Assembly (NCBI GenBank): GCA_947630975.1
Contig: CANRJP010000004.1
Span: 1 to 60,096 of the forward strand
Reading direction: 5' to 3'
DNA from: an uncultured Clostridia bacterium
GTDB taxonomy: Bacteria > Bacillota > Clostridia > UMGS1883
DNA: 60,096 bases
Under the pieces are notes generated by a model, which saw only the letters and a program-made list of their open reading frames with translations, had not been told where the DNA came from and did no database searches. The position numbers and the translations under genes are program-made. This document shows positions 47,482 through 57,011 of this stretch, piece by piece (positions within the stretch are counted from its first letter, which is position 1; every line of letters starts with the position of its first letter).

Positions 47482-47772
47482 TTAGCCGACAATCAACTCG
47501 TCCTGCGGTGTAGCTGCTGCGATCTCTCCGGCGCAAGCCGCATATCCGGCTAAATCGACATAGTTGTCACCGGTACCACCGCCACCTTTTACACGAGCCA
47601 CTTTTAACAGTGCCATCATCATGGCCACGTCTACCGGTAAAATTGTTATACCAGTATATACAGACCACAAATCGGCAATCCTTTTGAAATTACTTTCGGG
47701 GCTGCCGTAATCCTGTTCACGTCTCCCGCAAACGCATTTACTGGCTTCCTCCAACACTTCAATTCTTGTCAT
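47482..47772 (-). CDS. DUF6378-like protein
   Basis: REQDYGSPESNF...DVAMMMALLKVAR...DNYVDLAGYAAC. Confidence 0.8.
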   Translation of the reverse strand: MTRIEVLEEASKCVCGRREQDYGSPESNFKRIADLWSVYTGITILPVDVAMMMALLKVARVKGGGGTGDNYVDLAGYAACAGEIAAATPQDELIVG

Positions 47773-47786
47773 AATAAATCCTCCTT

Positions 47787-48394
47787 TTAATTTATCCAAC
47801 GGACAACCGGCTCCCCGGTATATCCTTTTTCCCACACAAACCATGCGTAGGCTATGGCGTTTGACTTTGCATATTTTTCAAAATCACCGTTCATAGCACA
47901 ATGTAATCTGCCACTTGATACGTATATCACTTTTGGCGGCCATTTCTTAAATAGCTTTTTGCGTTCCTTCCCTTCAAGGAATTGCAATTTTAAAAACATC
48001 GCGACTTTGTGTCCCGTATCTATAATAGACATAGCGTGATCGACAAATTCTTTTGCTTTTGAATAGGGCGGGTTAGTTATAATATCAAAACCTTTCAGGG
48101 GGGGGCGGACGTCATCAAAAAATCACAAACGTATCCGTAGCCTCTGTCAATCAAATCCGTAGAATAGACATGATACCCAGCCTTTTCAAATTCCTTTGAT
48201 AAATGCCCTTCTCCACAAGCGCACTCCCATATCAGTGAAGAAAATGTCTCTACCTGCATTAACAGTAGCGCAGCGCGCGGTTCAGTTGCATAATAGTCAT
48301 GCTGTTCTCGCGGTTCTAATGCGTAGTTTCGTGCGCCTAATACGGCGTGTGCGGACCTTTTATTTCCTGTCCAATCTTTGTTCATTGCGGTCAT
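47787..48394 (-). pseudogene. DNA amino-methyltransferase, frameshifted at an 8-nt homopolymer (48098-48105)
   Basis: DYYAT and WECACGEG in frame 1; DIITNPPY...AYAWFVW in frame 2. Confidence 0.75.
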
Positions 48395-48406
48395 AATGGG
48401 CTTCCC

Positions 48407-48574
48407 TCAATGCGTATTGGCAAAATAAATACTTAGAACAAACAGGGTGAATATTAAAATGCGTGTTAGTGCTGCCAAATAGACGTCTTTATTTTGCCTG
48501 TCTTTTTCTCCGATTGTAACCAGCAGAGCTGCTGTCGCTAAAAGCATACTAATAATTATAATGACCGTTATCAT
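48407..48574 (-). CDS. Small two-TM protein (55 aa), not in the ORF track
   Basis: MITVIIIISMLLATAALLV...ILIFTLFVLSIYF; overlaps the thyX stop. Confidence 0.55.
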   Translation of the reverse strand: MITVIIIISMLLATAALLVTIGEKDRQNKDVYLAALTRILIFTLFVLSIYFANTH

Positions 48575-49206
48575 ATTGACAATTCCTCCATTATATCGTT
48601 AAACAATTCCGGCATTTCTTCACAGCACTGATTTAAAAGCTGTGTAGCCACCTCCCGCATTTGCGGATGCGCTGCCGGAGCACATCGGAGTTTGAGAAAA
48701 TGCCGCCATTCACGAATGTTAGCAGTCATCACAACTTCCGTTTTTAGGCTATTCGGTAATACGGAGCGCGCCTCCTGCGCAGTATAGCCGTGCTCTAAAA
48801 GTGCAAAATACGCATTTTCTGAACTTTGACAACTCTCTCTCCACGTATTATAAGCGGGTGTATCCGGCTTAAGAAAACAAGGTTCAATAACTGTAATTTC
48901 GGTTCCGAATTTATTGTTGCTGTAATTACAGTAACGGGTAGATTCCTGACTGTACGATGCAATTCTATGACGTACTATTTCATGTGAAATACCCCGGTCT
49001 ACTATAAATTTGACTGTAAATGAGCAATGTTCAAGAACGGATTCATGTCCACGTCGAATTATATCCTTTACAAATTCCTTAGCACTGTCAGACGTAATTC
49101 TATTTTCAGACTTATAACAGACGCGCCCACATTCCTCAATCCGGCGCAAAATCGCACTGTTATTTATGGGCGTGATAAACTGTACATACGGTTTAATGAT
49201 TTTCAT
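48571..49206 (-). CDS. thyX: FAD-dependent thymidylate synthase
   Basis: GHESVLEH, RHRIASYSQESTRY, EARSVLP. Confidence 0.93.
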   Translation of the reverse strand: MKIIKPYVQFITPINNSAILRRIEECGRVCYKSENRITSDSAKEFVKDIIRRGHESVLEHCSFTVKFIVDRGISHEIVRHRIASYSQESTRYCNYSNNKFGTEITVIEPCFLKPDTPAYNTWRESCQSSENAYFALLEHGYTAQEARSVLPNSLKTEVVMTANIREWRHFLKLRCAPAAHPQMREVATQLLNQCCEEMPELFNDIMEELSI

Positions 49207-49222
49207 TTCGCTACCTCCAATC

Positions 49223-51229
49223 TTAATCCTTCGTGAAAAAGTCACCGACCCAGCCAGCAGAGCCTAATGGTAAATCCGGTGCCCATGAAATAGGTTGCGT
49301 CATAATAGCGCATACCTGATCCAACATGACCTTATCCTCGGCATACGGAACGATGTCAATAACAACCTCATCATGCACGTGGAAAACGATAGAAAATCCT
49401 GCGGCCTCCAAGTGTTCAATCGCTTCAGCCAAACAGTCACGGGCAATCGCCTGAACGCAATTCTCGGTTAACTTGCCACCGTATGTTTCAATACGCTGCC
49501 ATTTTTTACTGGTCTGATCCAGTCCCATATACGTTATAGATGGATTACCCCAACGATTTTCACCAACTTGCGGGTTTATATAAAACAGTTTCCGGCCAGA
49601 GGGGAGACGTATGGTAAAACAATAAACATTTTGACTGTGGTCGTATTCTCGTGACAATCGCAAACCGTGAACATTAGCCGTACCGCCGTTTTGAATAACT
49701 TGTACAGCGGCATTATCCATTTCATACCATAAATTTTGTATGTGGCTATTTGCGGCGCGCCATCGCGACACTATATCCGGCAATTCATCTTCAGTCAGTC
49801 CCATATCTAATGCGCCCATGTTTTTTAGCGCACCAGAGCTTCCCTGATAGCCTAATGCCAATTCCGCGACCTTGCCTTTTGCGCGCAGCGCATATTCTGG
49901 ATTGCCCTTTTTTATGCGCTCAATGGGGACGTTAAACATTTGAGACGCGGACGCCTCGTAGATTTTACCATGCGTTTTAAACACGTCAAGACGCCACTGT
50001 TCGCCAGCCAGCCATGAAATAACACGTGCTTCTATCGCCGAAAAATCGGCGTCAATCAATTTATGGCCGGGGCTTGCAACAAAAGCCGTTCTGATTAACT
50101 GTGAAAGCGTGTCTGATACGCTGCCGTATATACAGCGCACGGCATCCGTTTTCCTATCAGTTACCAATTCACGCGCCAGCTCTATTTCTTTTGTGTAGGT
50201 TCTCGGTAAATTCTGAACCTGCACCAATCGTCCAGCCCACCGACCGGTCCGGTTTGCCCCATAAAACTGCAACAATCCGCGTACCCGTCCGTCCGGACAA
50301 ACGCACATTTTAATCGCATCATATTTTTTTGTGGACGTTTTTCCCAACTCTTGCCGGATTTCCAACATCCGCTGCACCGCGGGACTATTATCGTCTCGGT
50401 TTAATAGTCTTTTAACGGTGTCCTTTGACAAACTGATGATTTCTGACGATTCTTCCCCCGTGTCGATTTCCCGATTGAGCCAACCGGTGAGCTGTTTTAC
50501 ACTGTTGGGATTATTAAGCTGCGTTATGGTAACCGCCTCAGTCAATAATTCCGTTTTAACTTGACTACCCATAATAAGCGCCCCATCTACGAACGGTATA
50601 TCGACTGCCACACCGCGGGAGTTGATAATCAAATCCGTTTCCCACTGTTTTTGTACAAAATCCGGAATAGGAAATACTGACAAGCGCCGTTCTATTTCCC
50701 GCTCGGTTTCAACGTCTTGCCCGCAATATTCTTTAAACATTGCCCATTTGTCAAGGTCATGTTTCGGTAAATTACGTGTTCGACCAGCATTACTTTTTGT
50801 AGGTTTACACGGGACGCAAAAGTAGCGTATTAATGCTTTGCCTGTATTTAGCTTTTGTTTGTCTTCCGGTAAACCTAAAGCCCGGCCTACGGCTTCCAAA
50901 CTCGCCGGGTATCCATGATATAAACTGCTCATCATAGAACACCGCCATTGGCTCGGTACCATTTGTCCGTATACCTTTGACAGGCAAGCCCATTCAAATG
51001 CGGCGTTGTGCGCGTGTTTTATAAAAGTGGGATCACGGAGCGCCGACAGCATCCAAAACGGTAACGGCTCGCCCTGTGCCAAATCCACAACATACCGCGG
51101 ATTGTCATCTAACGCATAACCGAAAAGCAAAATTTGAAAATCGTTTGACGAAATATATTTTTGCGCGCCAGCCTTAGCTAATGGGACGCTCGAATACGTT
51201 TCCAAATCAATATGTAAATGGTGTATCAT
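49223..51229 (-). CDS. polA: Family A DNA polymerase
   Basis: IDLET exonuclease, DFSAIEAR (motif A), KVAELALGY (motif B), HVHDE (motif C). Confidence 0.95.
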   Translation of the reverse strand: MIHHLHIDLETYSSVPLAKAGAQKYISSNDFQILLFGYALDDNPRYVVDLAQGEPLPFWMLSALRDPTFIKHAHNAAFEWACLSKVYGQMVPSQWRCSMMSSLYHGYPASLEAVGRALGLPEDKQKLNTGKALIRYFCVPCKPTKSNAGRTRNLPKHDLDKWAMFKEYCGQDVETEREIERRLSVFPIPDFVQKQWETDLIINSRGVAVDIPFVDGALIMGSQVKTELLTEAVTITQLNNPNSVKQLTGWLNREIDTGEESSEIISLSKDTVKRLLNRDDNSPAVQRMLEIRQELGKTSTKKYDAIKMCVCPDGRVRGLLQFYGANRTGRWAGRLVQVQNLPRTYTKEIELARELVTDRKTDAVRCIYGSVSDTLSQLIRTAFVASPGHKLIDADFSAIEARVISWLAGEQWRLDVFKTHGKIYEASASQMFNVPIERIKKGNPEYALRAKGKVAELALGYQGSSGALKNMGALDMGLTEDELPDIVSRWRAANSHIQNLWYEMDNAAVQVIQNGGTANVHGLRLSREYDHSQNVYCFTIRLPSGRKLFYINPQVGENRWGNPSITYMGLDQTSKKWQRIETYGGKLTENCVQAIARDCLAEAIEHLEAAGFSIVFHVHDEVVIDIVPYAEDKVMLDQVCAIMTQPISWAPDLPLGSAGWVGDFFTKD

Positions 51230-51337
51230 CGCTGTGCCTCCTTCCAGCGAATAGGGGATTAACGGGAGATCGAATTGCCCATACGCACCGTAGGTACGAC
51301 CTCCGGGCGGCCCCATTAACCGCCGTGCGTACATTAT

Positions 51338-52045
51338 TTATACAGGGAGGCCAGTAACAGGATTAACCATCCCAGCAATCGGATTAATCATCCCAGCAAT
51401 CGGATTAGCCATTCCAGTAGCAGGTATTGCCGCCCCATATCTTTGTGTAGCCGTTTCATTTACAGCAGCACCAGCCGGGGGAGCAATGACGTTCTGCCCG
51501 ATGCCCTCAAAGTCAGTAGCGGCTGAAGCACCACCGGATAAGGGTTCACCGTCACGAGTTTTCATCACATTGCCCAGGCCACAGCCAACACCTTTGTTTA
51601 CACCGGTATTAAACGTGAAGAAATTAAGTGTTACACGGGCGTACATACCGCTGTAGATGTCCTGCGGGGCCAATTCACAATTGATATTGGAGATACCTAC
51701 AACTTGGGGCTTTTGCTTTGTTCCAGCCGTTATTACCCAATGCCCGGCGCATTCGGGACCAAATTTGCTGCCATCATTGCGGAAGCCGTCTCCGTCGTAG
51801 ATGAGCGCATTTTTAAGTTGTGGACGGGCACCCTGCCATTTGTTCTTTACGCCGTCCTCATACGCGGCTTGGATAGATGCGTCAATATCGGCTTTTGTCG
51901 CCGCGTCGGTTTTAGGAATTAAAAGTGTTACGCTATACTTGGGTTCGGACCCTTGCTGATTAGGATTCGCATAGGGTTCAAGCAGATGAACATAAGATAA
52001 GCGTACTTCACCGGTCAATACTTTAGTAGGGATATTCTGATACAT
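51338..52045 (-). CDS. ssDNA-binding protein (DUF2815-like)
   Basis: VRLSY...KYSVTLLIPK...YSGMYAR...GLGNV. Confidence 0.88.
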   Translation of the reverse strand: MYQNIPTKVLTGEVRLSYVHLLEPYANPNQQGSEPKYSVTLLIPKTDAATKADIDASIQAAYEDGVKNKWQGARPQLKNALIYDGDGFRNDGSKFGPECAGHWVITAGTKQKPQVVGISNINCELAPQDIYSGMYARVTLNFFTFNTGVNKGVGCGLGNVMKTRDGEPLSGGASAATDFEGIGQNVIAPPAGAAVNETATQRYGAAIPATGMANPIAGMINPIAGMVNPVTGLPV

Positions 52046-52057
52046 AGTTGTTCCTCC

Positions 52058-52361
52058 TTAAAATTCGGTACTTTTATAATGATTTTTGTCTTTTATTTGT
52101 TGCCATAAGGGTATAATCTGTTGTAGAAAACGGTTTTTTGCCTTTTCCGTGACGTTCATGTGTTTTAAGTCCATAAAGGTTTCCGGCGAAGTTAAAACGG
52201 TATCCAATGTTTTAATAGCTGTGGCGTTCCAATCAGGTTCAGAAAACATTAACGTAAAAACCGTTTTAGCGTTCTTTTTTTGACATACCTACAAATGCGT
52301 TGATGAGTATCATCATTTCACCGTGCGGCCACCACCGGAAAGTTATAGCTCTTGGCGTCAT
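52058..52361 (-). pseudogene. Hypothetical protein frameshifted at a 7-nt homopolymer (52275-52281)
   Basis: ATGA-coupled start at 52361 joins the 52058-52249 frame if one base is removed. Confidence 0.5.
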
Positions 52362-53548
52362 GATACTACCTCCGCAAAATCAGCTTTAGCAGGGTTATAG
52401 GGTTCCCGCTTATCACTGGCTACAACTAAGGTTGGCGCTCCTACAGGCTTGACGATCTGCTTGCCTAAAATCTCTTGGAATTTTTTTACGCCAATAGTCT
52501 TTTCCAACACAGAGAGTGACTTTGCGGTGTGTGTATACAGCGTTTTGTCATCATATCCGGCAGCTTTAAGTAATTCCAGGGCTTTGTCGGCATCGGCAAA
52601 TACCCGATTGCTGCGACCGGCGACGGCCTTCCATCCAGGGATGTTTTCACCGTTTAATATAGCACTAAGCGCGTATTCTTGTAATTCTTCATACCATTTT
52701 TTCAGGCCCGCACCACGAGTTAGTAGATCGCCCACATCCGCATTGGTTAATACACCAGGTACTGCTTTATCCTCAATAGTGTTTTTAGGCAATGCGAAAT
52801 CTTTAAAATCTTCCAATGCCGTATATTTTTCGGCGCGTGCTTTGCACTGAGCTTTTCCACGGCAAAACAGGCACCAGTCACCGGCTTTAAATTCGCCCAA
52901 TCCCGTGTAGGCCTTATACGCCAGAGCTTTTGCCTTCTCGCCCCATGTGAGAAGTTCGTCAACTGTAATCGTTTCTTCGCTGACAGTTTCAGCTATACGG
53001 GGCTGAACGATGGCCATAGACACATTTTTAACGGAAAACAACATAGAATATTGCTGTATCGCACCTAATGCGTAAAGACGCATTTGTGAATTATTTTCAG
53101 CAGATACAATAACGCCCTTGCCGTGTTTGTAATCCGTGATATGTAATGTATCATCACCTATCATAATACAGTCACACGTTCCAAAGCCGTCCGGTATATA
53201 TGAAGAAAGATCAACGCGCACTTCCTGTTGTATATAAGGCGGATGCTCAAACGTCATGGCTTTTTCTTTTAGGTACTGCACATAAACATCTGCTGTTTGG
53301 ATCATTTCTTCCGAAAAAAACCGGTCTTCACGCAATTTCTTTAACGAAGAATTGAGTGAGCGTTTAGTGATACCACCAAAAGCATATTTTGCGTATAATT
53401 CGCAAATGGCATGAGCTGTACGACCTTCTTCAGCATAATCGGATGTTGTAGCTGGAAAATTCTCCTCAAATCGAGGGGCGGCGGTACAATGCATCCACCG
53501 TTCCGATGATGAAGCTGAACAAAGTGCGTGTTTAGTTGGCGTAGCCAT
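52358..53548 (-). CDS. PD-(D/E)XK nuclease (DUF2800/Cas4-like)
   Basis: HALCSASSSERW, GFGTCD, DYKHGKG, QMRLYA, WCLFC. Confidence 0.88.
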   Translation of the reverse strand: MATPTKHALCSASSSERWMHCTAAPRFEENFPATTSDYAEEGRTAHAICELYAKYAFGGITKRSLNSSLKKLREDRFFSEEMIQTADVYVQYLKEKAMTFEHPPYIQQEVRVDLSSYIPDGFGTCDCIMIGDDTLHITDYKHGKGVIVSAENNSQMRLYALGAIQQYSMLFSVKNVSMAIVQPRIAETVSEETITVDELLTWGEKAKALAYKAYTGLGEFKAGDWCLFCRGKAQCKARAEKYTALEDFKDFALPKNTIEDKAVPGVLTNADVGDLLTRGAGLKKWYEELQEYALSAILNGENIPGWKAVAGRSNRVFADADKALELLKAAGYDDKTLYTHTAKSLSVLEKTIGVKKFQEILGKQIVKPVGAPTLVVASDKREPYNPAKADFAEVVS

Positions 53549-53567
53549 TATGCTGCCCTCCCTTGTT

Positions 53568-54083
53568 TTATATGTCAGCACCCAGCGCCCGTAAATCGGC
53601 TGCAACGGATGGATATTGCGCCGGATTAAGCTGCATGATGGTAGTTACACCGTATTTTTGCAATACAGCAATAACCTGCGTCATTTTACCCATATCTATC
53701 AATGCCGCCCCGGCACGAGAAATAGCATCCACGGTTATCTGCTCAATCTGTGTAGCCACCGGTGCCGTTGTCTGCGTGACAACCGGTGCCGTAGGAGTTT
53801 CCGTCTGAGCGGGAGCTGATACTGCTTCCTCCCAGGGGACGCCCGCTTGAGCAGCGACGAATGCTGCGGGAGCTTCCATTTGAGTAGGTGCCGTTTGCAC
53901 AGGGGCCAAAGCCGGGCCATCATTGGGTTCGCTTGATGTAGGCGAGGCCGTAGGAACGGACTGCGTAACGCAATTCTGCTTTTGAACTTGGATAATTGCT
54001 TCAGCAGACTTTGTAACTGCCTCAGTTAACTTCAAAATCGCCTTAGTAAAATCTGCGGCTTCTATAATATTGATCTCCAACAT
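53568..54083 (-). CDS. Phage protein with Ala/Pro/Thr-rich linker
   Basis: Usual position upstream of the DUF2800-like gene. Confidence 0.75.
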   Translation of the reverse strand: MLEINIIEAADFTKAILKLTEAVTKSAEAIIQVQKQNCVTQSVPTASPTSSEPNDGPALAPVQTAPTQMEAPAAFVAAQAGVPWEEAVSAPAQTETPTAPVVTQTTAPVATQIEQITVDAISRAGAALIDMGKMTQVIAVLQKYGVTTIMQLNPAQYPSVAADLRALGADI

Positions 54084-54276
54084 TTTCTTTCTGCCTCCTA
54101 AATATTTTTAAATCCTTTTTCTTTGCTGTTGCCCGCTGTTGTTCCCATTGCTCAAATTTTCGCACGTTTTCGGGATTACTGTAGTAATCCTTAACGGCTT
54201 GACAAAAAGTTTGCGCAAGGTTATGGGCGTCAATAGCGGAAATTTCACATACCTTGATTTGCCCCTGATTGGTCAT
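54043..54276 (-). CDS. Phage hypothetical protein
   Basis: YYSNPENVRKFEQW motif. Confidence 0.65.
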   Translation of the reverse strand: MTNQGQIKVCEISAIDAHNLAQTFCQAVKDYYSNPENVRKFEQWEQQRATAKKKDLKIFRRQKENVGDQYYRSRRFY

Positions 54277-54505
54277 TAGACGCCACCTCGATTTCCGCCT
54301 CTAATTCGGCGAGAGCGTTAATTATGCGGGCCTGGGTTTTTTGCTTTGCTGCCTCACTTTCAAATTGCTTGCCCCCGTTTAACACGGTCGATAAATAGGT
54401 GTGAGAGTAGCCGCATTGTTCGGCCAGCATTTGGTTTGTAATGCGGTATCGATGCATTCTACCAACAACGTCAGCCGTCCATTCTTCGTTTTGTACAATG
54501 CCCAT
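54245..54505 (-). CDS. Cro-like HTH regulator
   Basis: ITNQMLAEQCGYSHTYLSTVLNG; divergent from the repressor. Confidence 0.82.
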   Translation of the reverse strand: MGIVQNEEWTADVVGRMHRYRITNQMLAEQCGYSHTYLSTVLNGGKQFESEAAKQKTQARIINALAELEAEIEVASNDQSGANQGM

Positions 54506-54547
54506 AGAACGCCTCCTTTCTTCTCAGTGAAATTTTTTTACAAAACC

Positions 54548-54732
54548 AGTTGAATTTTTTTCACTTTTGTGGTACAATGAAATTGCCATATCTCACTTAA
54601 CCACTTACAGCAACTATTTATTTGTGCGCGCAGTCAAATAATATTTGCTGATAGTGAAATATACTTCACTGTACTTATAGTGTAGCAAAAAATATTTCAC
54701 TTGTCAAGGGGTTTGGTGAAAAAAATTTAACT
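54548..54732. promoter_or_regulatory. Lysis-lysogeny switch: opposing promoters and operators
   Basis: + strand TTGAAT(54550)-17-TACAAT; - strand TTGACA(54707-54702)-17-TACACT; AGTGAA-N6-TTCACT at 54653-54670, variants at 54548, 54684 and 54715. Confidence 0.8.
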
Positions 54733-54751
54733 TTTTTCGGAGGTGTCATTC

Positions 54752-55144
54752 ATGACGTTTTTTGCTCGCTATTCAAGAATTTGTGAACAACGTGGTATTA
54801 AGCCCTGCTCACAAAAAGCGGCGGATATGCTTGGCGTCACAAAGACCACAATATCCGTTTGGAATCGTACTAACTCTGCACCCAAAGGAGAAACGGTGGC
54901 AAAAGTTGCAAATGCGTTAAGCGTTTCAACCGATTATCTTTTGGGCCGAACAGATGACCCGACTGACTATACTGTCGCAAAACAAAAAAGCGTTCCACTA
55001 TCACAAGACAGTGGGAACGCCCAAAATCAGGCTATGATACAAATGTATAATAAGTTAGATGAAATAGATCAAGCGAAAGTTGACGGAATCGTTCAGGGCC
55101 TACTTCTGAACGATAAATACAAGATAAGTCAAAACCTTGCATAA
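54752..55144 (+). CDS. CI-like XRE repressor
   Basis: HTH (AADMLGVTKTTISVW) and LSVSTDYLLGRTD. Confidence 0.88.
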   Translation: MTFFARYSRICEQRGIKPCSQKAADMLGVTKTTISVWNRTNSAPKGETVAKVANALSVSTDYLLGRTDDPTDYTVAKQKSVPLSQDSGNAQNQAMIQMYNKLDEIDQAKVDGIVQGLLLNDKYKISQNLA

Positions 55145-55247
55145 TTCGTAAAGAGAAAAACATAATTTTTGCTGACTTTAAAAACTTATTTAATCGTCAT
55201 TAATTGTGTAGCGCCATTACACGTTATTTAGGGGAGATTAATGTACA

Positions 55248-57011
55248 ATGAAAAAAGAGACAAAAGGTGAATTAGCCGTTGTATATGCACGGTATTCATA
55301 TCACGCACAAGGAGAACAGTCCATAGAAGGGCAACTCGCGGCTGCTAAAAAATACGCAGAGCTAAAAGGGTATAGAATTATACATGAGTATATCGACCGC
55401 GCTGTTTCCGGTCGTACTGATAACAGAGATGCGTTTCAAAAAATGCTATCGGATTGCGCAAAGAAACAGTTTCAGGTTATTATTGTGTGGAAAGTAGATA
55501 GGTTTGGACGCAATCGAGAGGAGATTACATTTAATAAATATATCGCCAAGAAAAATAATGTTCGTATTGAATATGTGGCTGAGAATTTACCTGATTCAGC
55601 GGAAAGTGTTATACTGGAAAGCGTATTAGAGGGAATGGCCGAATATTACAGCCTACAGCTCGCGCAAAACGTCAGTCGCGGTATGCTTGAAAGTGCCAAA
55701 AAGCACCAAGTCACCGGTATGGTTCCGTTTGGATATCGTAAATCCAAAGATTTAAAATACGAAATTGATCCAGAATTTGCGCCCACAGTAAAAATTATAT
55801 TTGATATGTATGCCGCGGGTTCAACTATGACCGAAATCATAAATTATTTGAATGCACACAGTTATAAAACACGTGCAGGAACGCCCTTTAAGAAAAATAT
55901 GCTGCCGCGTATGTTAAATAATGAAAAATACATTGGGACGTACATTTACAAAGACTTAATTCGAGAAGAAAATGCCATTCCCGCAATTATTGATAGAGAG
56001 ACTTTTGCTAAGGTACAGGAGATGTTAAAAATTAATCGTCGAATGCCTTCACATAGATGGAGCTACACGGATTTTTTGTTGACCGGCAAACTTTTTTGTG
56101 GGCATTGTGGAAGTGCTATGACCGGTGAAAGTGGTACAAGTAAAACCGGTGGGAAATATAGCTATTACGTTTGCCACCAGCACCGTAAAGACGGGACGAT
56201 CTGTAAGAAAAAGGCAGTACGTCAGGATATGATTGAAAAAATAGTATTAGATGAAATACAAAAGGTGCTAAACGATGATGAAATTTTTAATTTTATCGTT
56301 GAACAAACATGGCGTTTTTACACTCAACAAGATGAAGATCAGGTACAATTAACTATGCTGCAAAAACAAATCAAAGATGTTGAAAACAGTATTGCTAATT
56401 TGGTAAAATCCATTGAGGCTGGACTATTTACGTCAACAATAAAAGACCGTATAAATGAATTGGAGGCAGAAAAAACGGCAATTAACGCGGAAATCGCTGC
56501 CTATAAATTAGAGCGGCGCTATAAATTAACAAAAAACAATATTATTCATTTTTTAGATCAAATGAAAAAGTTAAATATAAAAAATCGAGATTGTCAGCGC
56601 CGATTAGTAGAAGTGTTCGTTAATTCAATTTTTGTATATGACGATCATTTAACAATGACATTTAACTACGGCGGCGCTGATAGGACTATAACTTTCTCCG
56701 AAATCAGCGACGTAGAGGCATCTTCTGAGTTCGTTTCCTGTACGCAAGGGTTCACCAGATCAAGAAAGCCCGTAATCATCGAGAAATCCGATGGTTACGG
56801 GCTTTTTATTGTTGCAGAAATGCGAATTGGAGGGTTAGAATTTGTACGTGAATGTACGTGTTTTTTGGGTGTCAAATCGGTGTCAGGAAACCTATGGGTG
56901 TCAAAACGGGTGTCAATTTTGGAAACGGTGTCGATGGTGGAGCCTATAAAATTTAGCATAAGATTTAGCGACAACGTCGCGCCTTTAGTGACCCGCAGGA
57001 TGGGCAAATAA
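55248..57011 (+). CDS. Large serine recombinase (integrase); reads across the right att
   Basis: YARYS catalytic Ser, DRFGR, recombinase domain, CGHCG zinc ribbon, coiled coil. Confidence 0.95.
   Translation: MKKETKGELAVVYARYSYHAQGEQSIEGQLAAAKKYAELKGYRIIHEYIDRAVSGRTDNRDAFQKMLSDCAKKQFQVIIVWKVDRFGRNREEITFNKYIAKKNNVRIEYVAENLPDSAESVILESVLEGMAEYYSLQLAQNVSRGMLESAKKHQVTGMVPFGYRKSKDLKYEIDPEFAPTVKIIFDMYAAGSTMTEIINYLNAHSYKTRAGTPFKKNMLPRMLNNEKYIGTYIYKDLIREENAIPAIIDRETFAKVQEMLKINRRMPSHRWSYTDFLLTGKLFCGHCGSAMTGESGTSKTGGKYSYYVCHQHRKDGTICKKKAVRQDMIEKIVLDEIQKVLNDDEIFNFIVEQTWRFYTQQDEDQVQLTMLQKQIKDVENSIANLVKSIEAGLFTSTIKDRINELEAEKTAINAEIAAYKLERRYKLTKNNIIHFLDQMKKLNIKNRDCQRRLVEVFVNSIFVYDDHLTMTFNYGGADRTITFSEISDVEASSEFVSCTQGFTRSRKPVIIEKSDGYGLFIVAEMRIGGLEFVRECTCFLGVKSVSGNLWVSKRVSILETVSMVEPIKFSIRFSDNVAPLVTRRMGK
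56729..56757. other. Right attachment junction
   Basis: GTTCGT...GCAAGGGT-TCACCA; shares TCACCA with the tRNA-Lys end. Confidence 0.75.
56765..56805 (+). terminator. Terminator that followed tRNA-Lys before prophage insertion
   Basis: aaagcccgtaatcatcg-N7-cgatggttacgggcttt plus T-tract. Confidence 0.8.

Larger units (their letters stand above)
1160..56757. mobile_element. Temperate siphovirus-like prophage (~55.6 kb) integrated at the tRNA-Lys 3' end
   Basis: Complete gene order from integrase/repressor through replication, packaging, head, tail and lysis. TCACCA occurs at 1160-1165 and 56752-56757; joining the ends gives a dyad-symmetric attP. Confidence 0.9.

Noticed and set aside
49223-51229. 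Leu at the PolA 762-equivalent position (KVAEL)
   Set aside because: Common in temperate phage PolA; not unusual.
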